Assembly (NCBI GenBank): GCA_001816585.1
Contig: MHCJ01000001.1
Location: 21,538-85,537 of the forward strand
DNA: 64,000 bases
DNA from: Candidatus Chisholmbacteria bacterium RIFCSPHIGHO2_01_FULL_52_32
GTDB lineage: Bacteria; Patescibacteriota; Microgenomatia; UBA1400; Chisholmbacteraceae
Reading direction: 5' to 3'
How positions within the stretch are numbered: the stretch's first letter is position 1; each line of letters begins with the position of its first letter. Positions 36,874 to 47,863 of the stretch are shown here, one piece after another. The position numbers and the translations under genes were made by a program. The notes under the pieces are model-generated. The model was not told where the DNA came from, searched no databases, and saw nothing but the letters and a program-made list of their open reading frames with translations.

Positions 36874-37638
36874 ATGGGGCTGTTTACCCTACTAATCTAT
36901 CAGCCATTCCTCAATCTTCTTGTAGCCATTTACCTGGGGCTAAATTCGGTAACCGGTGGCAAGGCCGACATGGGGATAGCGGTGATTATCTTCACGGTTG
37001 CTCTTCGGATCATTCTCCTTCCGCTCTCCTTTGCCTCCGACCGGACGGAAGCCGAACGCCGGGAGATTGAGGAGAAAATAAAGGAAATAAAGAAAGTCTT
37101 TAGCACCGATCCGATACGCCAAAAGCAGGAAATCCGAAACCTCTTCAGGGGAAACCGAAGAGTCTTGTTCTCTGAAGGATTGAATCTTTCAATTCAAATT
37201 GCGGTTGCCCTCATGCTCTACAGAATCTTTGCCAAAGGTTTGGAAGGAGCCGACCTTCATCTCATCTATAGTTTCCTGCCAACAATCCGAGAGCCCTTTA
37301 ATCTGACATTTCTCGGGAAATACGATCTAGCCCATCCGAACCTATTCTTAAACTTCATCCAGTCTCTGGCTATTTTTTCGGTTGAATCGCTTTCGATGTT
37401 TACCTCACCTTTCCCGGTGACGAGGAAAGACATCATCCGTCTCCAGGTTTTCCTTCCGATTGTCTCATTCATGATTTTTGCCTACCTTCCCGCCGGAAAA
37501 AAGCTGTTTGTGATCACCACCCTCTGTTTCTCCATTGTCCTTATGCTGGCTCGTTCGGCCGTTCGCTTCGCCAAACGGATCGGTGGGCAACCTGGCCAGA
37601 AAGAAACACCAGCGACCCAAATGAGTGCCGGAAACTGA
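36874..37638 (+). CDS. Second YidC/Oxa1 family protein (divergent)
   Basis: YQPFLNLL, MGIAVIIFTVALRIILLPLS, FLGKYDL..P, LPAGKKLFVIT. Confidence 0.8.
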   Translation: MGLFTLLIYQPFLNLLVAIYLGLNSVTGGKADMGIAVIIFTVALRIILLPLSFASDRTEAERREIEEKIKEIKKVFSTDPIRQKQEIRNLFRGNRRVLFSEGLNLSIQIAVALMLYRIFAKGLEGADLHLIYSFLPTIREPFNLTFLGKYDLAHPNLFLNFIQSLAIFSVESLSMFTSPFPVTRKDIIRLQVFLPIVSFMIFAYLPAGKKLFVITTLCFSIVLMLARSAVRFAKRIGGQPGQKETPATQMSAGN

Positions 37639-37681
37639 AACAAACAGAAAAAGGGAGTAGAATAGAAATTCAGAGTATTAC

Positions 37682-37709
37682 TACTTGTAACTTGTATTTT
37701 GTAACTTAG
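37682..37709 (+). repeat. Four 7-mer units (TACTTGT AACTTGT ATTTTGT AACTTAG) ending 2 nt before ATG 37712
   Basis: Variant of the nACTTnn unit. Confidence 0.75.
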
Positions 37710-37711
37710 GT

Positions 37712-38320
37712 ATGGAATTTGATCGGCTCGTTGTCTCATTCCTCGTCGACGAGGTGGTCGGTGGATTTTTCATCTCCGTTCCTCCCGGACACATCGCCTG
37801 TCTCTACGATCGCGGAAGGGGAGTCCTTAAAAAGGTATGGGGGCCAGGTCTACACCTAAAAATCCCCTTTTGGCAAATCGCAAAGCTTTTCAACGCCCAA
37901 ATTCTGGAATACACGATAAAGGAGGACTTTGACCTCAACAATAAGGAGGGATTGGGGGATGAGCCGATCCGGACAACGACCAAGGATGGCTACTACATTC
38001 AAGTCGAAGGATCAATTTTGTTCAAACTCGACAAGAGTAAAGCTCCCGAACTTTGGGAAAGCATCGGCGAGAACTTCGTTTCCAAAGTAGTTCGCCCCAT
38101 TAGCCGTTCCCGAATCGCAGCGGTCTTTGCTAGCCTGTCCCTTGACCAGATAAAATCCTCAAGAACGCAGATCGAGAATATCCTGACCCAGGAGCTCAGT
38201 AAACACTTCAACCAGAAAGGCCTCATTTGTGAAGGCGCCCCGCTGTCTGAAGTAAAACTCCTGCACCAAGAGAAACCGAGTCAGAGCGGAGAAAACATTT
38301 TCGCCCAGGCAGGAAACTAG
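37712..38320 (+). CDS. SPFH/band 7 (prohibitin-like) domain protein
   Basis: VPPGH...GPGLHLKIPFWQ, TKDG, VVRPISRSRI. Confidence 0.85.
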   Translation: MEFDRLVVSFLVDEVVGGFFISVPPGHIACLYDRGRGVLKKVWGPGLHLKIPFWQIAKLFNAQILEYTIKEDFDLNNKEGLGDEPIRTTTKDGYYIQVEGSILFKLDKSKAPELWESIGENFVSKVVRPISRSRIAAVFASLSLDQIKSSRTQIENILTQELSKHFNQKGLICEGAPLSEVKLLHQEKPSQSGENIFAQAGN

Positions 38321-38795
38321 ACAGAATTATCTCCCAGAACCCCCGATCTCAAGTAGAACCGGACCCTTGGAAAAGGGGAGACATGATAGCGGAACAACAT
38401 CAGAAAGGACAGGTTGAATCGCCCGCTCAATATCCAGGTTATACCGGATAGAATAACTAATATATTAGAGATTTAAAGGTCGGGGAAGTGGTCGACAAGC
38501 AAAAAAGAATAAAACACAAAAAATCGACGTACTCTGGATTTCCGCTTGGATGAAATCACAAAAATACACAAAAAAGAACCAAGTTTTGACAAGCCTAAAA
38601 AAGACGGAAAAAGGCAACTTGGAATGAAAATCGTTCAGGGCGAAGGAAAACCAAATACAGACGAACAAAATGCGAAAAGAAAACATCTCTGGAGCTCTGG
38701 GGAGTAAAACAAACCCACAAGCCCCACTTCCCGACCAAAACAAGAAAGAATACCCGAAAGCTTCGCCTGGATGACCACAGAAACACAACCCAGGC

Positions 38796-38850
38796 TTGAC
38801 AAGGACTTGACAGGCTCTGTAAAATAGCACTCGTTATCAATTACTGATAA
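38796..38850 (+). promoter_or_regulatory. groESL promoter with degenerate CIRCE operator
   Basis: TTGACA (38796)-18 nt-TAAAAT; ATAGCACTC-N9-TACTGATAA (38824..38850) versus the consensus TTAGCACTC-N9-GAGTGCTAA. Confidence 0.65.
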
Positions 38851-38893
38851 TCCGCGACGAAGTTAATAAGAGCATCGAAAGAGGAGGAAACCC

Positions 38894-39208
38894 ATGAACA
38901 AATCCCCAAAAACAGCCGTATCAAAACTTCAGCCGGCCCCCGGATATGTATTGGTCGAGCCCATGGAGGCGGAGACCAAAACGAAGACTGGTATCTATCT
39001 TCCCGATTCTCACGATGAAAAACCCCAAGAAGGAAAAGTCCTTTCCGTCGGTGCCACTTGGATTACCGAGCAAGGCGCCAAGATAGATGCCCCCTGCAGG
39101 AAAGGTCAAACCGTCATGTACAAAAAGTGGGGCGGAAATGAAGTCAAAATCGAAAACGTCGAGTACCAGTTCTTAAAATTCGAAGACATCTTAGCAGTAG
39201 TCAATTAA
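38894..39208 (+). CDS. groES: Co-chaperonin GroES
   Basis: KTKTGIYLPD, EKPQEGKVLSVG, EDILAV; GAGGAGG ribosome-binding site. Confidence 0.97.
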   Translation: MNKSPKTAVSKLQPAPGYVLVEPMEAETKTKTGIYLPDSHDEKPQEGKVLSVGATWITEQGAKIDAPCRKGQTVMYKKWGGNEVKIENVEYQFLKFEDILAVVN

Positions 39209-39277
39209 AGGAGGAAAAAGGCAGGAATTAAAGAAAAAAACCGACTTTTCATTTATTCTTTATTCCTTAACACTTAA

Positions 39278-40921
<1,644 letters not shown>

Positions 40922-41057
40922 GGAGCCCCGCTCTGCGGGGCGACGCAACCCCTCACATGAGCCCGAATTTCGAAACGGCTGAATAAGCAGTCTGCGAAAA
41001 TTCGAGCGAACTGTGTGGGGTAAAGCCCAAGAAGCAATTCAAGTCATCAAACAGAAG

Positions 41058-41081
41058 GAGCCGCTCCCGCGGCTCTTTTTT
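41058..41081 (+). terminator. Intrinsic terminator after groEL
   Basis: GAGCCGC-TCCC-GCGGCTC-TTTTTT. Confidence 0.85.
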
Positions 41082-41178
41082 ATAAACCAATCGAACCGCT
41101 CCTCTCTCCGAAATGAGAAAGGAATAACCAATAGAAGCGCTTATTGACATGATTAGTAGTGTATAGTCAAGTGTAATC

Positions 41179-41361
41179 ATGGTTAACCCAAGAACAAAAA
41201 CTCGAAGAATTGAGCTCATATTTACCGACCTCGACGCGGATCTTGCTGATGCACAAAATGAAGATCAAAAGTCGCTGAGGCAAGTACAAAAAGAGCTTCA
41301 AAAAGCAAGGACGAGCCTATGGCAGCTCGCTGCACAGCAGCACGCTTACTACAGTATCTAA
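41179..41361 (+). CDS. Small (60 aa) coiled-coil hypothetical protein
   Basis: Fills the intergenic gap; TATAGT upstream; helical composition. Confidence 0.45.
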   Translation: MVNPRTKTRRIELIFTDLDADLADAQNEDQKSLRQVQKELQKARTSLWQLAAQQHAYYSI

Positions 41362-41420
41362 GAAGCCTTCAATAACCCCCTCTTCCCCTATCTAGAAGAG
41401 TACAGTGCTACAATCGAACC

Positions 41421-42143
41421 ATGAAAGTAAAGGAATGCACCTTCAGCTCAGGAGGCGAACGCATTGACGGAACCATCTATTTCCCGGAAGGAAAAGGAAA
41501 ATTTCCAGGGGTGGTGATCTACCACGGGCTAGGAAGCAGAAAAGATCGTTATACTGATCGGGCGCAAGTTCTTGCGAAAAATGGAATTGTCACCCTCAAC
41601 TTCAGCTTCCGTGGCTGCGGCAAGAGCGGAGGTGATTTTAAAGTTCAAACAGTAAGAAACGGTATGCAGGACGCGCTCTCGGGATTTGACCATCTCACGA
41701 GTTACACTGAGATCGATAAGGAGAAAATCGGCGTCTATGGCGGCAGCTCCGGAGGATATCTGGCAGCGCTTATCACAGAAAAGCGTCCGGTGAAATCGCT
41801 AATCCTCTCCGCCCCGGCCATCTATAAAGATGAATGGTGGGACCGGAGCGCGGAAAGTATCGCCTACGAGACTTCGGAATACAGGCACAGTGGAGAAAAT
41901 TTCAATACAAAAGCAATAACAGCGATAAAAAACTACCCAGGAAGTCTACTTGTCATAAAGCACGAAAAAGATGAAGTGATCCCGGAGAGAGTAACTAACG
42001 CATATTTTAATCAGGCAACGAGTGTTCAAAAGAAAAAAATGCACGTGATCAAAAACGCCAAACACTCCCTCCATGATCAAAAATTTAGGAACGAATCAAA
42101 TAAAATAACCGCAGAATGGTTTAAAGAAACTTTAGTATCATGA
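41421..42143 (+). CDS. Alpha/beta fold hydrolase
   Basis: YHGLGS, FRGCGKSGG, nucleophile elbow GGSSGG, DEVIP, AKH. Confidence 0.9.
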   Translation: MKVKECTFSSGGERIDGTIYFPEGKGKFPGVVIYHGLGSRKDRYTDRAQVLAKNGIVTLNFSFRGCGKSGGDFKVQTVRNGMQDALSGFDHLTSYTEIDKEKIGVYGGSSGGYLAALITEKRPVKSLILSAPAIYKDEWWDRSAESIAYETSEYRHSGENFNTKAITAIKNYPGSLLVIKHEKDEVIPERVTNAYFNQATSVQKKKMHVIKNAKHSLHDQKFRNESNKITAEWFKETLVS

Positions 42144-42616
42144 AGCCAACGAAGACCGACTCCGACTTTATCAAACTAGCTATTAAACAAGCACAGGAAT
42201 CTGTTGATCGAGGTGGATTCCCTGCTGGTGCGGTTGTCGTCAAAGACGGAAAAGTGATTGCAAAAGGATTGAGTCTGGGCTTTCAGCTCAATGATCCCAC
42301 CGGTCACGCCGAAACGGATGCCATCCGAAAATCCTGTAAAAGATTAAAAACGAATAATCTCAGTGGTGCGGTGATATATGCCTCGCTTCAACCATGTCTG
42401 ATGTGCTTTTCGGTTACCAACTGGGCGGGTATTTCCAAAATTGTCTACGGGTGCAAGAAAATCAAGGAAATGGTTACAAAACACTATTATGAGGGCGCAA
42501 CGGACATCATCAAAGTGAACCAAAACAATACGAGAAAAATTGAATTGAATTACGTTCCCGATTTTGAAAAAGAATCTTTGGAAGTAGTAAGAATGTGGGA
42601 AGATCAAAGGAAATGA
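42140..42616 (+). CDS. Zinc-dependent nucleoside/nucleobase deaminase (guanine deaminase/TadA-like)
   Basis: PAGAVVV, DPTGHAE, QPCLMC. Confidence 0.9.
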   Translation: MKPTKTDSDFIKLAIKQAQESVDRGGFPAGAVVVKDGKVIAKGLSLGFQLNDPTGHAETDAIRKSCKRLKTNNLSGAVIYASLQPCLMCFSVTNWAGISKIVYGCKKIKEMVTKHYYEGATDIIKVNQNNTRKIELNYVPDFEKESLEVVRMWEDQRK

Positions 42617-42691
42617 AAAACGCCCTCATGTAAACTCTCCCCTCCCCCGAGTGATTCAAAACACTCTCGCATGTTATAATGATATGTAATC

Positions 42692-42994
42692 ATGCGCAGG
42701 CTCTTATCCCTAAAAGACGTAATCTTCATCATCTCCCTCTCCATCATCTTATCTCAAATTTCCTGGTGGGTATTGTTTACCACCAAGAAAGCTCATACCC
42801 TGTTGAATCCCGCAATCGCCCAGTCTCTGGAAAGCGCCCAAACCGTCACCATCGCTTCCCTCCCCTCAAATCTCATCCTTCCCCTGATTGCCTATTTTCC
42901 CTTCTGGTCGATGGCATTCACCTTCCTCCGCATCTTCATCAATCTCGAAAAACGCCGCTCCATGGGGTCTCCTATCCAACAGCAGACACTTTAA
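42692..42994 (+). CDS. Small two-TM membrane protein
   Basis: Two hydrophobic segments; TGTTATAAT upstream. Confidence 0.55.
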   Translation: MRRLLSLKDVIFIISLSIILSQISWWVLFTTKKAHTLLNPAIAQSLESAQTVTIASLPSNLILPLIAYFPFWSMAFTFLRIFINLEKRRSMGSPIQQQTL

Positions 42995-43018
42995 AAAAAC
43001 AATAGTTGAGGTGATAGA

Positions 43019-43750
43019 ATGATGGAACCAATGGAGAAACCAAAGTACGAGAGAATCTTGGTGAAACTGGGAGGCGAAGCCCTGTTGGGAGATCGGCACT
43101 ACGGGATTGATATTGAAGCCACCAAAGAGGTTGCAAACCAGATAAAACAGGTCCATGAGCTGGGCGTTCAGATTGCCCTCACCATCGGCGCGGGAAACAT
43201 CTTCCGCGGTCTTTCTGGAGAAAAGCGAGGCCTCGATAGGGCAACCGCAGATTACATGGGGATGGTGGCAACCGTCATTAATGCCCTTGCGCTCCAAGAT
43301 GCACTGGAAAAGATAGGGGTTGACACCAGGGTTCAGACGGCAATCGAAATGAAGTCCGTCGCCGAGCCATACATCCGCAGACGGGCAATTCGACACATGG
43401 AAAAAGGCAGGGTGGTGATCCTTGCCGCGGGGGTTGGAAGCCCGTACTTTACGACCGACAGTGGAGCGGCCTTACGAGCCTTAGAGCTGAAATGTGAAAT
43501 ACTCTTGAAGGCAACCAAAGTGGATGGGGTCTACGACAAAGATCCGCTGAAGTACAAGGATGCCAAGCGGTTCAAAACCTTAAAGTACATCGATGCGATC
43601 AAGGAAGAAGGAATCCAAATTATGGATACGGCTGCCCTCTCTCTCTGCATGGAAAACAAACTTCCCATCGTGGTATTTAACCTCCGAAGGACCGAAAACC
43701 TCAAGAAAGTGGTTTTGGGAGAGGACATCGGTACCCGAGTCGAAACCTAA
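43019..43750 (+). CDS. pyrH: UMP kinase
   Basis: RILVKLGGEAL, GAGNIFRG, DYMGMVAT, PYFTTD, KATKVDGVYDKDP; the start may be one of the next ATGs. Confidence 0.97.
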   Translation: MMEPMEKPKYERILVKLGGEALLGDRHYGIDIEATKEVANQIKQVHELGVQIALTIGAGNIFRGLSGEKRGLDRATADYMGMVATVINALALQDALEKIGVDTRVQTAIEMKSVAEPYIRRRAIRHMEKGRVVILAAGVGSPYFTTDSGAALRALELKCEILLKATKVDGVYDKDPLKYKDAKRFKTLKYIDAIKEEGIQIMDTAALSLCMENKLPIVVFNLRRTENLKKVVLGEDIGTRVET

Positions 43751-44442
43751 TAGCCCAGCAGTGGCTGGGGATCAGTGACTTTTCCTTCTTTGTAGATCTC
43801 AAGGTGGAGATGGGGACCAGTACTTGTTCCCGTTATACCAACTTCGGCAATCACGGTTTCTTGGTCAACGGAGTCTCCCTCCTCGACAAAAACACGCTTG
43901 ACATGGGCATAGAGGGACGAGTAACCGTCAGCATGCCCAACAACTAAAGCGGTGCCGTACCCAAAACGGCTCTGGAAAACCCCTGTAACCACCCCAGCAG
44001 TAATCGGTCGGATGGAGGATCCAAGCGGCGAACGCATATCAACGCCAGGGTGGAATTGGCGGAATCCTTGAGAAACATCGAGGGTCGCAAGCGGCAGTTG
44101 GAATCGACGACTTGTGGCGGTGACCACAGGCTGGGAGAAAACCAAGGTCGGCTCCGGTAAGGAGGAGGAAGAGGCGAAGGGAGAAGAAGCGGAAACCGGC
44201 CCGCCAAAAAAACCCGCCAGCAGCACGCAAGCAACCAAATTGAGCCCGAACACTCCCCGGAGGCGATGGTGTTCGAACCAAGGCCGCAAGAACTTTGAAA
44301 TGGGATGGCTTTTCCGGGTTTTAGGCAGTACTACCACTTGAGACATGCGGTGATAAAGAACGAACAAGCCCTCCCCTATCCGTTGTTTGAAGGTCCGCCC
44401 AGTAGACAGAAAACCCGAAACAAGATGCTGGAAAGATTGCAT
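43747..44442 (-). CDS. M23 family metallopeptidase
   Basis: HPGVD, YAHV, TGTSTGPHLHLEI; N-terminal hydrophobic segment. Confidence 0.9.
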   Translation of the reverse strand: MQSFQHLVSGFLSTGRTFKQRIGEGLFVLYHRMSQVVVLPKTRKSHPISKFLRPWFEHHRLRGVFGLNLVACVLLAGFFGGPVSASSPFASSSSLPEPTLVFSQPVVTATSRRFQLPLATLDVSQGFRQFHPGVDMRSPLGSSIRPITAGVVTGVFQSRFGYGTALVVGHADGYSSLYAHVKRVFVEEGDSVDQETVIAEVGITGTSTGPHLHLEIYKEGKVTDPQPLLGY

Positions 44443-44565
44443 AACGCGGCTTTATTCAGGCCGCAAAGTGTAACCTGGCGAGCCACGTTCGACGTCGCCG
44501 CTTAAAAGAGGAAAACCTACCCTTTGGGTAGGCAATAAAAAACCACCATCTGGTGGAATGTCGCA

Positions 44566-44593
44566 ATTGTAACAAAAAAAAAGACAAAGTCAA
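44566..44593 (-). promoter_or_regulatory. Sigma70-type promoter for the M23 gene
   Basis: TTGACT-16 nt-TACAAT with extended TG. Confidence 0.65.
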
Positions 44594-44652
44594 GCAAAGG
44601 GCAAAACAAGGAAGCCAGCGACAAAGTAAACCTATGGTACACTGATGAAGAT

Positions 44653-45654
44653 ATGCGAACGCTCAAGGACCTCAAGGTTGAAGGGAAAACGGTATTGCTC
44701 CGGACCGATTACGATGTGCCGCTGAAACAGGGAAAGGTTCAAGACGATACGCGCATTCGGGCTTCCCTTCCCACCATCACCTTCCTGCTCGACCGAGGCG
44801 TGAAAGCAATCAGCATCCTTTGCCACCTCGATCGTCCGGGAGGAAGGGTAGTCGAAGCTCTCAAGGTGGAACCTGTCCTGTCCCGTTTACGGTCGCTCCT
44901 TCCCCAGGGAGCATTGGTAGAAGTCAGAGAAAACCTTCGTTTTCATCCTGGCGAAGAGGCAAACAGCCTGGATTTTGCCAAACAACTCGCAGGTTACGGA
45001 GAGCTGTTCGTAAACGACGCCTTTGCCGCTTCCCACCGGTCTCATGCCTCAATTGTGAGCCTCCCGAAACTACTGCCTTGTTCAATCGGCCTCCAATTTG
45101 AGAAGGAGCTTCTTACCTTATCCAAAGTGCGCGAGCATCCGAGAAGGCCTCTTGTAGCAGTCATTGGTGGAGCAAAGCTTGAGACGAAGCTGCCGCTCAT
45201 TGAGAAGCTCGCCGAAATTGCGGATGAGGTGTTGGTAGGAGGAAAACTTGCCCAAGAGATCGGCAACGCCTGTTCCCCGAAGGCAATGGCTTGTATCTCG
45301 GTTGCGAAGCTGACCAAAGACGGGAAAGATATTACCAAAGAGTCTGCTTTCTCCTTTGCCCAAAAAATCGAAACAGCAGGAACGGTTTTTTGGAATGGCC
45401 CAATGGGAGTCTTTGAAGAACCGGCCCATGACCTTGGTACCAAGATCATTGCCCAAGCAATAAACGCCGCCCCCGGCTTTACAGTCATCGGCGGTGGCGA
45501 TACCGAAGCCGCAGCCACGAAGTTCAAAGCGGAAGAAGGGGTGGATCACATTTCTTTGGGCGGCGGCGCAATGTTACAATATGTAGCTAACGGGACACTG
45601 GTCGGTCTAACAGCGATCGAAGAAAGAGGTGAGGATGGTCAAAGCGGCAATTAA
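44653..45654 (+). CDS. pgk: Phosphoglycerate kinase (short, 333 aa)
   Basis: RTDYDVP, DDTRI, ENLRF, VNDAF, GGAK, WNGPMGVFE, GGGDT. Confidence 0.95.
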   Translation: MRTLKDLKVEGKTVLLRTDYDVPLKQGKVQDDTRIRASLPTITFLLDRGVKAISILCHLDRPGGRVVEALKVEPVLSRLRSLLPQGALVEVRENLRFHPGEEANSLDFAKQLAGYGELFVNDAFAASHRSHASIVSLPKLLPCSIGLQFEKELLTLSKVREHPRRPLVAVIGGAKLETKLPLIEKLAEIADEVLVGGKLAQEIGNACSPKAMACISVAKLTKDGKDITKESAFSFAQKIETAGTVFWNGPMGVFEEPAHDLGTKIIAQAINAAPGFTVIGGGDTEAAATKFKAEEGVDHISLGGGAMLQYVANGTLVGLTAIEERGEDGQSGN

Positions 45655-46690
45655 CGGCTTTGGTCGGATCGGAAGAATAACCCTCAGGGTCTGGCTGAAA
45701 CGGATGGATCTTCAGGAACAACTCGATGTAGTTGCCATCAATACCTCGGGTTCGATGCCCGTATCAGGCTGGGCGCATCTGTTGAAGTACGATACCGCCT
45801 ACGGTCCTCTGGAGGATGAAGTCCAAATGCAAGAAGTGAACCAGCCTGAAGCAGTGACAGACAAAAACCCCCTGCTTGGCTACTTCATCGTAAAAGAGAA
45901 GAAAATTCCCCTCCTGGCCCAGAAGGATCCAGCCAAGCTGCCCTGGGAAACATACCAGGTCGACGTCGCCATTGAATCAACCGGTGTATTTACGTCCAAA
46001 GAGTTAGCCTCAGCCCACCTAAGGGCCGGAGCAAGAAAAGTACTCATTTCAGCCCCGAGCAAGGGTGAAGGGGTGGGAACCTTTGTGTTGGGGGTTAATC
46101 AGTATCGGGGTGAAGGAGATATTATTGATAATGCTTCCTGTACGACCAATTGCGTAGCCCCGGTCGTTGCGGTCCTCAATGAGAACTTCGGCGTCAGGAA
46201 AGCGAGCCTGACAACCATTCATGCCTACACGGATGATCAAAGGCTGCAGGACAATTCGCATAAGGACTTGCGTAGAGCCAGGGCTGCATCCCAGAACATT
46301 ATTCCCACAACAACCGGAGCAGCCATCGCAACCACCAAAACAATCCCCGATATCAGGGGAATGTTCGACGGGATAGCCATCAGGGTGCCAGTAAACGTTG
46401 GGTCCATCTCCGATGTCGTTTGCCTTGTCAATCGCAAGGTAACCGTGGATGAGGTCAAACGGGCTTTTCAAGAGGCTGCCAAGACACGCTTCAAGAACAT
46501 CATAGCGGTAACGGACGAGCCGCTTGTTTCAAGCGACATTATTGGTCGCTCCGAATCCGCCATTGTCGATCTTCCCTTTACGCAAGTGATAGATGGCGAC
46601 CTGGTCAAAATCCTCGCCTGGTATGATAACGAATGGGGGTATTCAAACCGTCTTTTGGAGCAAGCGGTAAAGGTAGGAGAAACGCAGTAA
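45635..46690 (+). CDS. gap: Glyceraldehyde-3-phosphate dehydrogenase type I
   Basis: INGFGRIGR, NASCTTNC, NIIPTTTGAA, WYDNEWGY. Confidence 0.98.
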   Translation: MVKAAINGFGRIGRITLRVWLKRMDLQEQLDVVAINTSGSMPVSGWAHLLKYDTAYGPLEDEVQMQEVNQPEAVTDKNPLLGYFIVKEKKIPLLAQKDPAKLPWETYQVDVAIESTGVFTSKELASAHLRAGARKVLISAPSKGEGVGTFVLGVNQYRGEGDIIDNASCTTNCVAPVVAVLNENFGVRKASLTTIHAYTDDQRLQDNSHKDLRRARAASQNIIPTTTGAAIATTKTIPDIRGMFDGIAIRVPVNVGSISDVVCLVNRKVTVDEVKRAFQEAAKTRFKNIIAVTDEPLVSSDIIGRSESAIVDLPFTQVIDGDLVKILAWYDNEWGYSNRLLEQAVKVGETQ

Positions 46691-46720
46691 CATCTTCAAT
46701 TGACGAAATCCCAAATCTTG

Positions 46721-46794
46721 AGGCCGGAGCGGGATTCGCACCCGCGAATAGTGGTTTTGCAGACCACCGCGTTGGACTACTTCGCCATCCGGCC
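46721..46794 (-). tRNA. tRNA-Cys (GCA), CCA not encoded
   Basis: GGCCGGATGGCGAAGTAGTCCAACGCGGTGGTCTGCAAAACCACTATTCGCGGGTGCGAATCCCGCTCCGGCCT folds as a cloverleaf with a U discriminator; TGCTATAAT upstream. Confidence 0.95.
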
Positions 46795-46927
46795 AGGCTA
46801 GAGGAATTATAGCAAATGGATAGCAAAACCACGACTAAAAAAGGAGTATAACGCAACCTCCCCCCTCTTCTGAGAAGAAGAAAGGGGGTTGTCCCAGAGA
46901 GCGATTTTTGCTATTATAAGCGCCACG

Positions 46928-47833
46928 ATGGCGCGCAAACTTCTTTTCTTAGGTATTATCGGCCTTATCCTTGCAGGGTGTTCCCTTCCCAGTCTGAGGA
47001 AGGCAAATGCGGCCCTGCAAATTACCACAAACGCAAAAGCAGATGTTTTTGTGGACGGCGAAAAAATCGGTGAAACGCCGCTCAAAAACGAAAAACTGCA
47101 GGCCAAAGAGTATACGGTGCGGCTCGTTCCCAAAGAAGGAGAGGCTGAGCCATGGGAGGTAAAAGTGACGCTTGAGGAAAAGACAACCACGGCCATTTCC
47201 TATGATTTTGGCAGCGGGCAGGATACCTCAAGCGGGTCTATTTTATCGCTTGAACCATTGGTAAACAAGAAAGCGGTGGAAGTGACGGTAGTTTCAATTC
47301 CAGATAACGCTTCGGTGAACTTCGATGGCCAGCCCAAAGGGTTTACCCCACTCCAGGTGAAGGATGCCTCAGCCGGAGACCACACGCTCGCGGTCCAGGC
47401 CCCGGGATACTCAAGAAGGCAAGTTGAGGTAAAAACCGTTGAGGGGTATCGTCTGACGGTCGAAGTTCACCTTGCCAAGGAAATGCTCACCATCGAAGAA
47501 TCAAGCCCCAGCGCACAACCATTGACGCCAACCCCTACCCCAACCGGAGCCAAAACAGACAAACAAACCAAAGCCCCGACCACGACAACGGAAAAACCCG
47601 CCTCGCCATCGGCAACGCCGGAGAGACCCTACGTCGAAATTCTCGATACGCCGACAGGATGGCTGAGGGTTCGCTCCTCCCCATCAACAAGCGAGGATAA
47701 CGAAATTGCCAGGGTAAATCCCAAAGAAACCTACCCCTATGTGGAATCAAACGACGCAGGCTGGATAAAGATCCGTCTCCCCGACGGAAAGACCGGTTGG
47801 ATCTCAGGAAGGTACGCGAAAATCTACAAGTGA
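46928..47833 (+). CDS. PEGA-domain / SH3-domain surface (lipo)protein
   Basis: LILAGC lipobox-like; two PEGA repeats (ADVFVDGEKIGETP; SIPDNASVNFDG..KGFTP); PT linker; WLRVRSSPS...GWISG SH3b. Confidence 0.85.
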   Translation: MARKLLFLGIIGLILAGCSLPSLRKANAALQITTNAKADVFVDGEKIGETPLKNEKLQAKEYTVRLVPKEGEAEPWEVKVTLEEKTTTAISYDFGSGQDTSSGSILSLEPLVNKKAVEVTVVSIPDNASVNFDGQPKGFTPLQVKDASAGDHTLAVQAPGYSRRQVEVKTVEGYRLTVEVHLAKEMLTIEESSPSAQPLTPTPTPTGAKTDKQTKAPTTTTEKPASPSATPERPYVEILDTPTGWLRVRSSPSTSEDNEIARVNPKETYPYVESNDAGWIKIRLPDGKTGWISGRYAKIYK

Positions 47834-47863
47834 GACGCTCTCCTTTTCCTCTTCAAACCAACC

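Noticed and set aside
38465..38840. Phe-rich minus-strand ORFs upstream of groES
   Set aside because: Probably by-products of the A-rich spacer; they overlap the groES promoter and show no family motif.
44443..44560. Known riboswitch such as c-di-AMP upstream of the M23 gene
   Set aside because: I could not match the consensus of any known class; kept only as an unknown structured leader.
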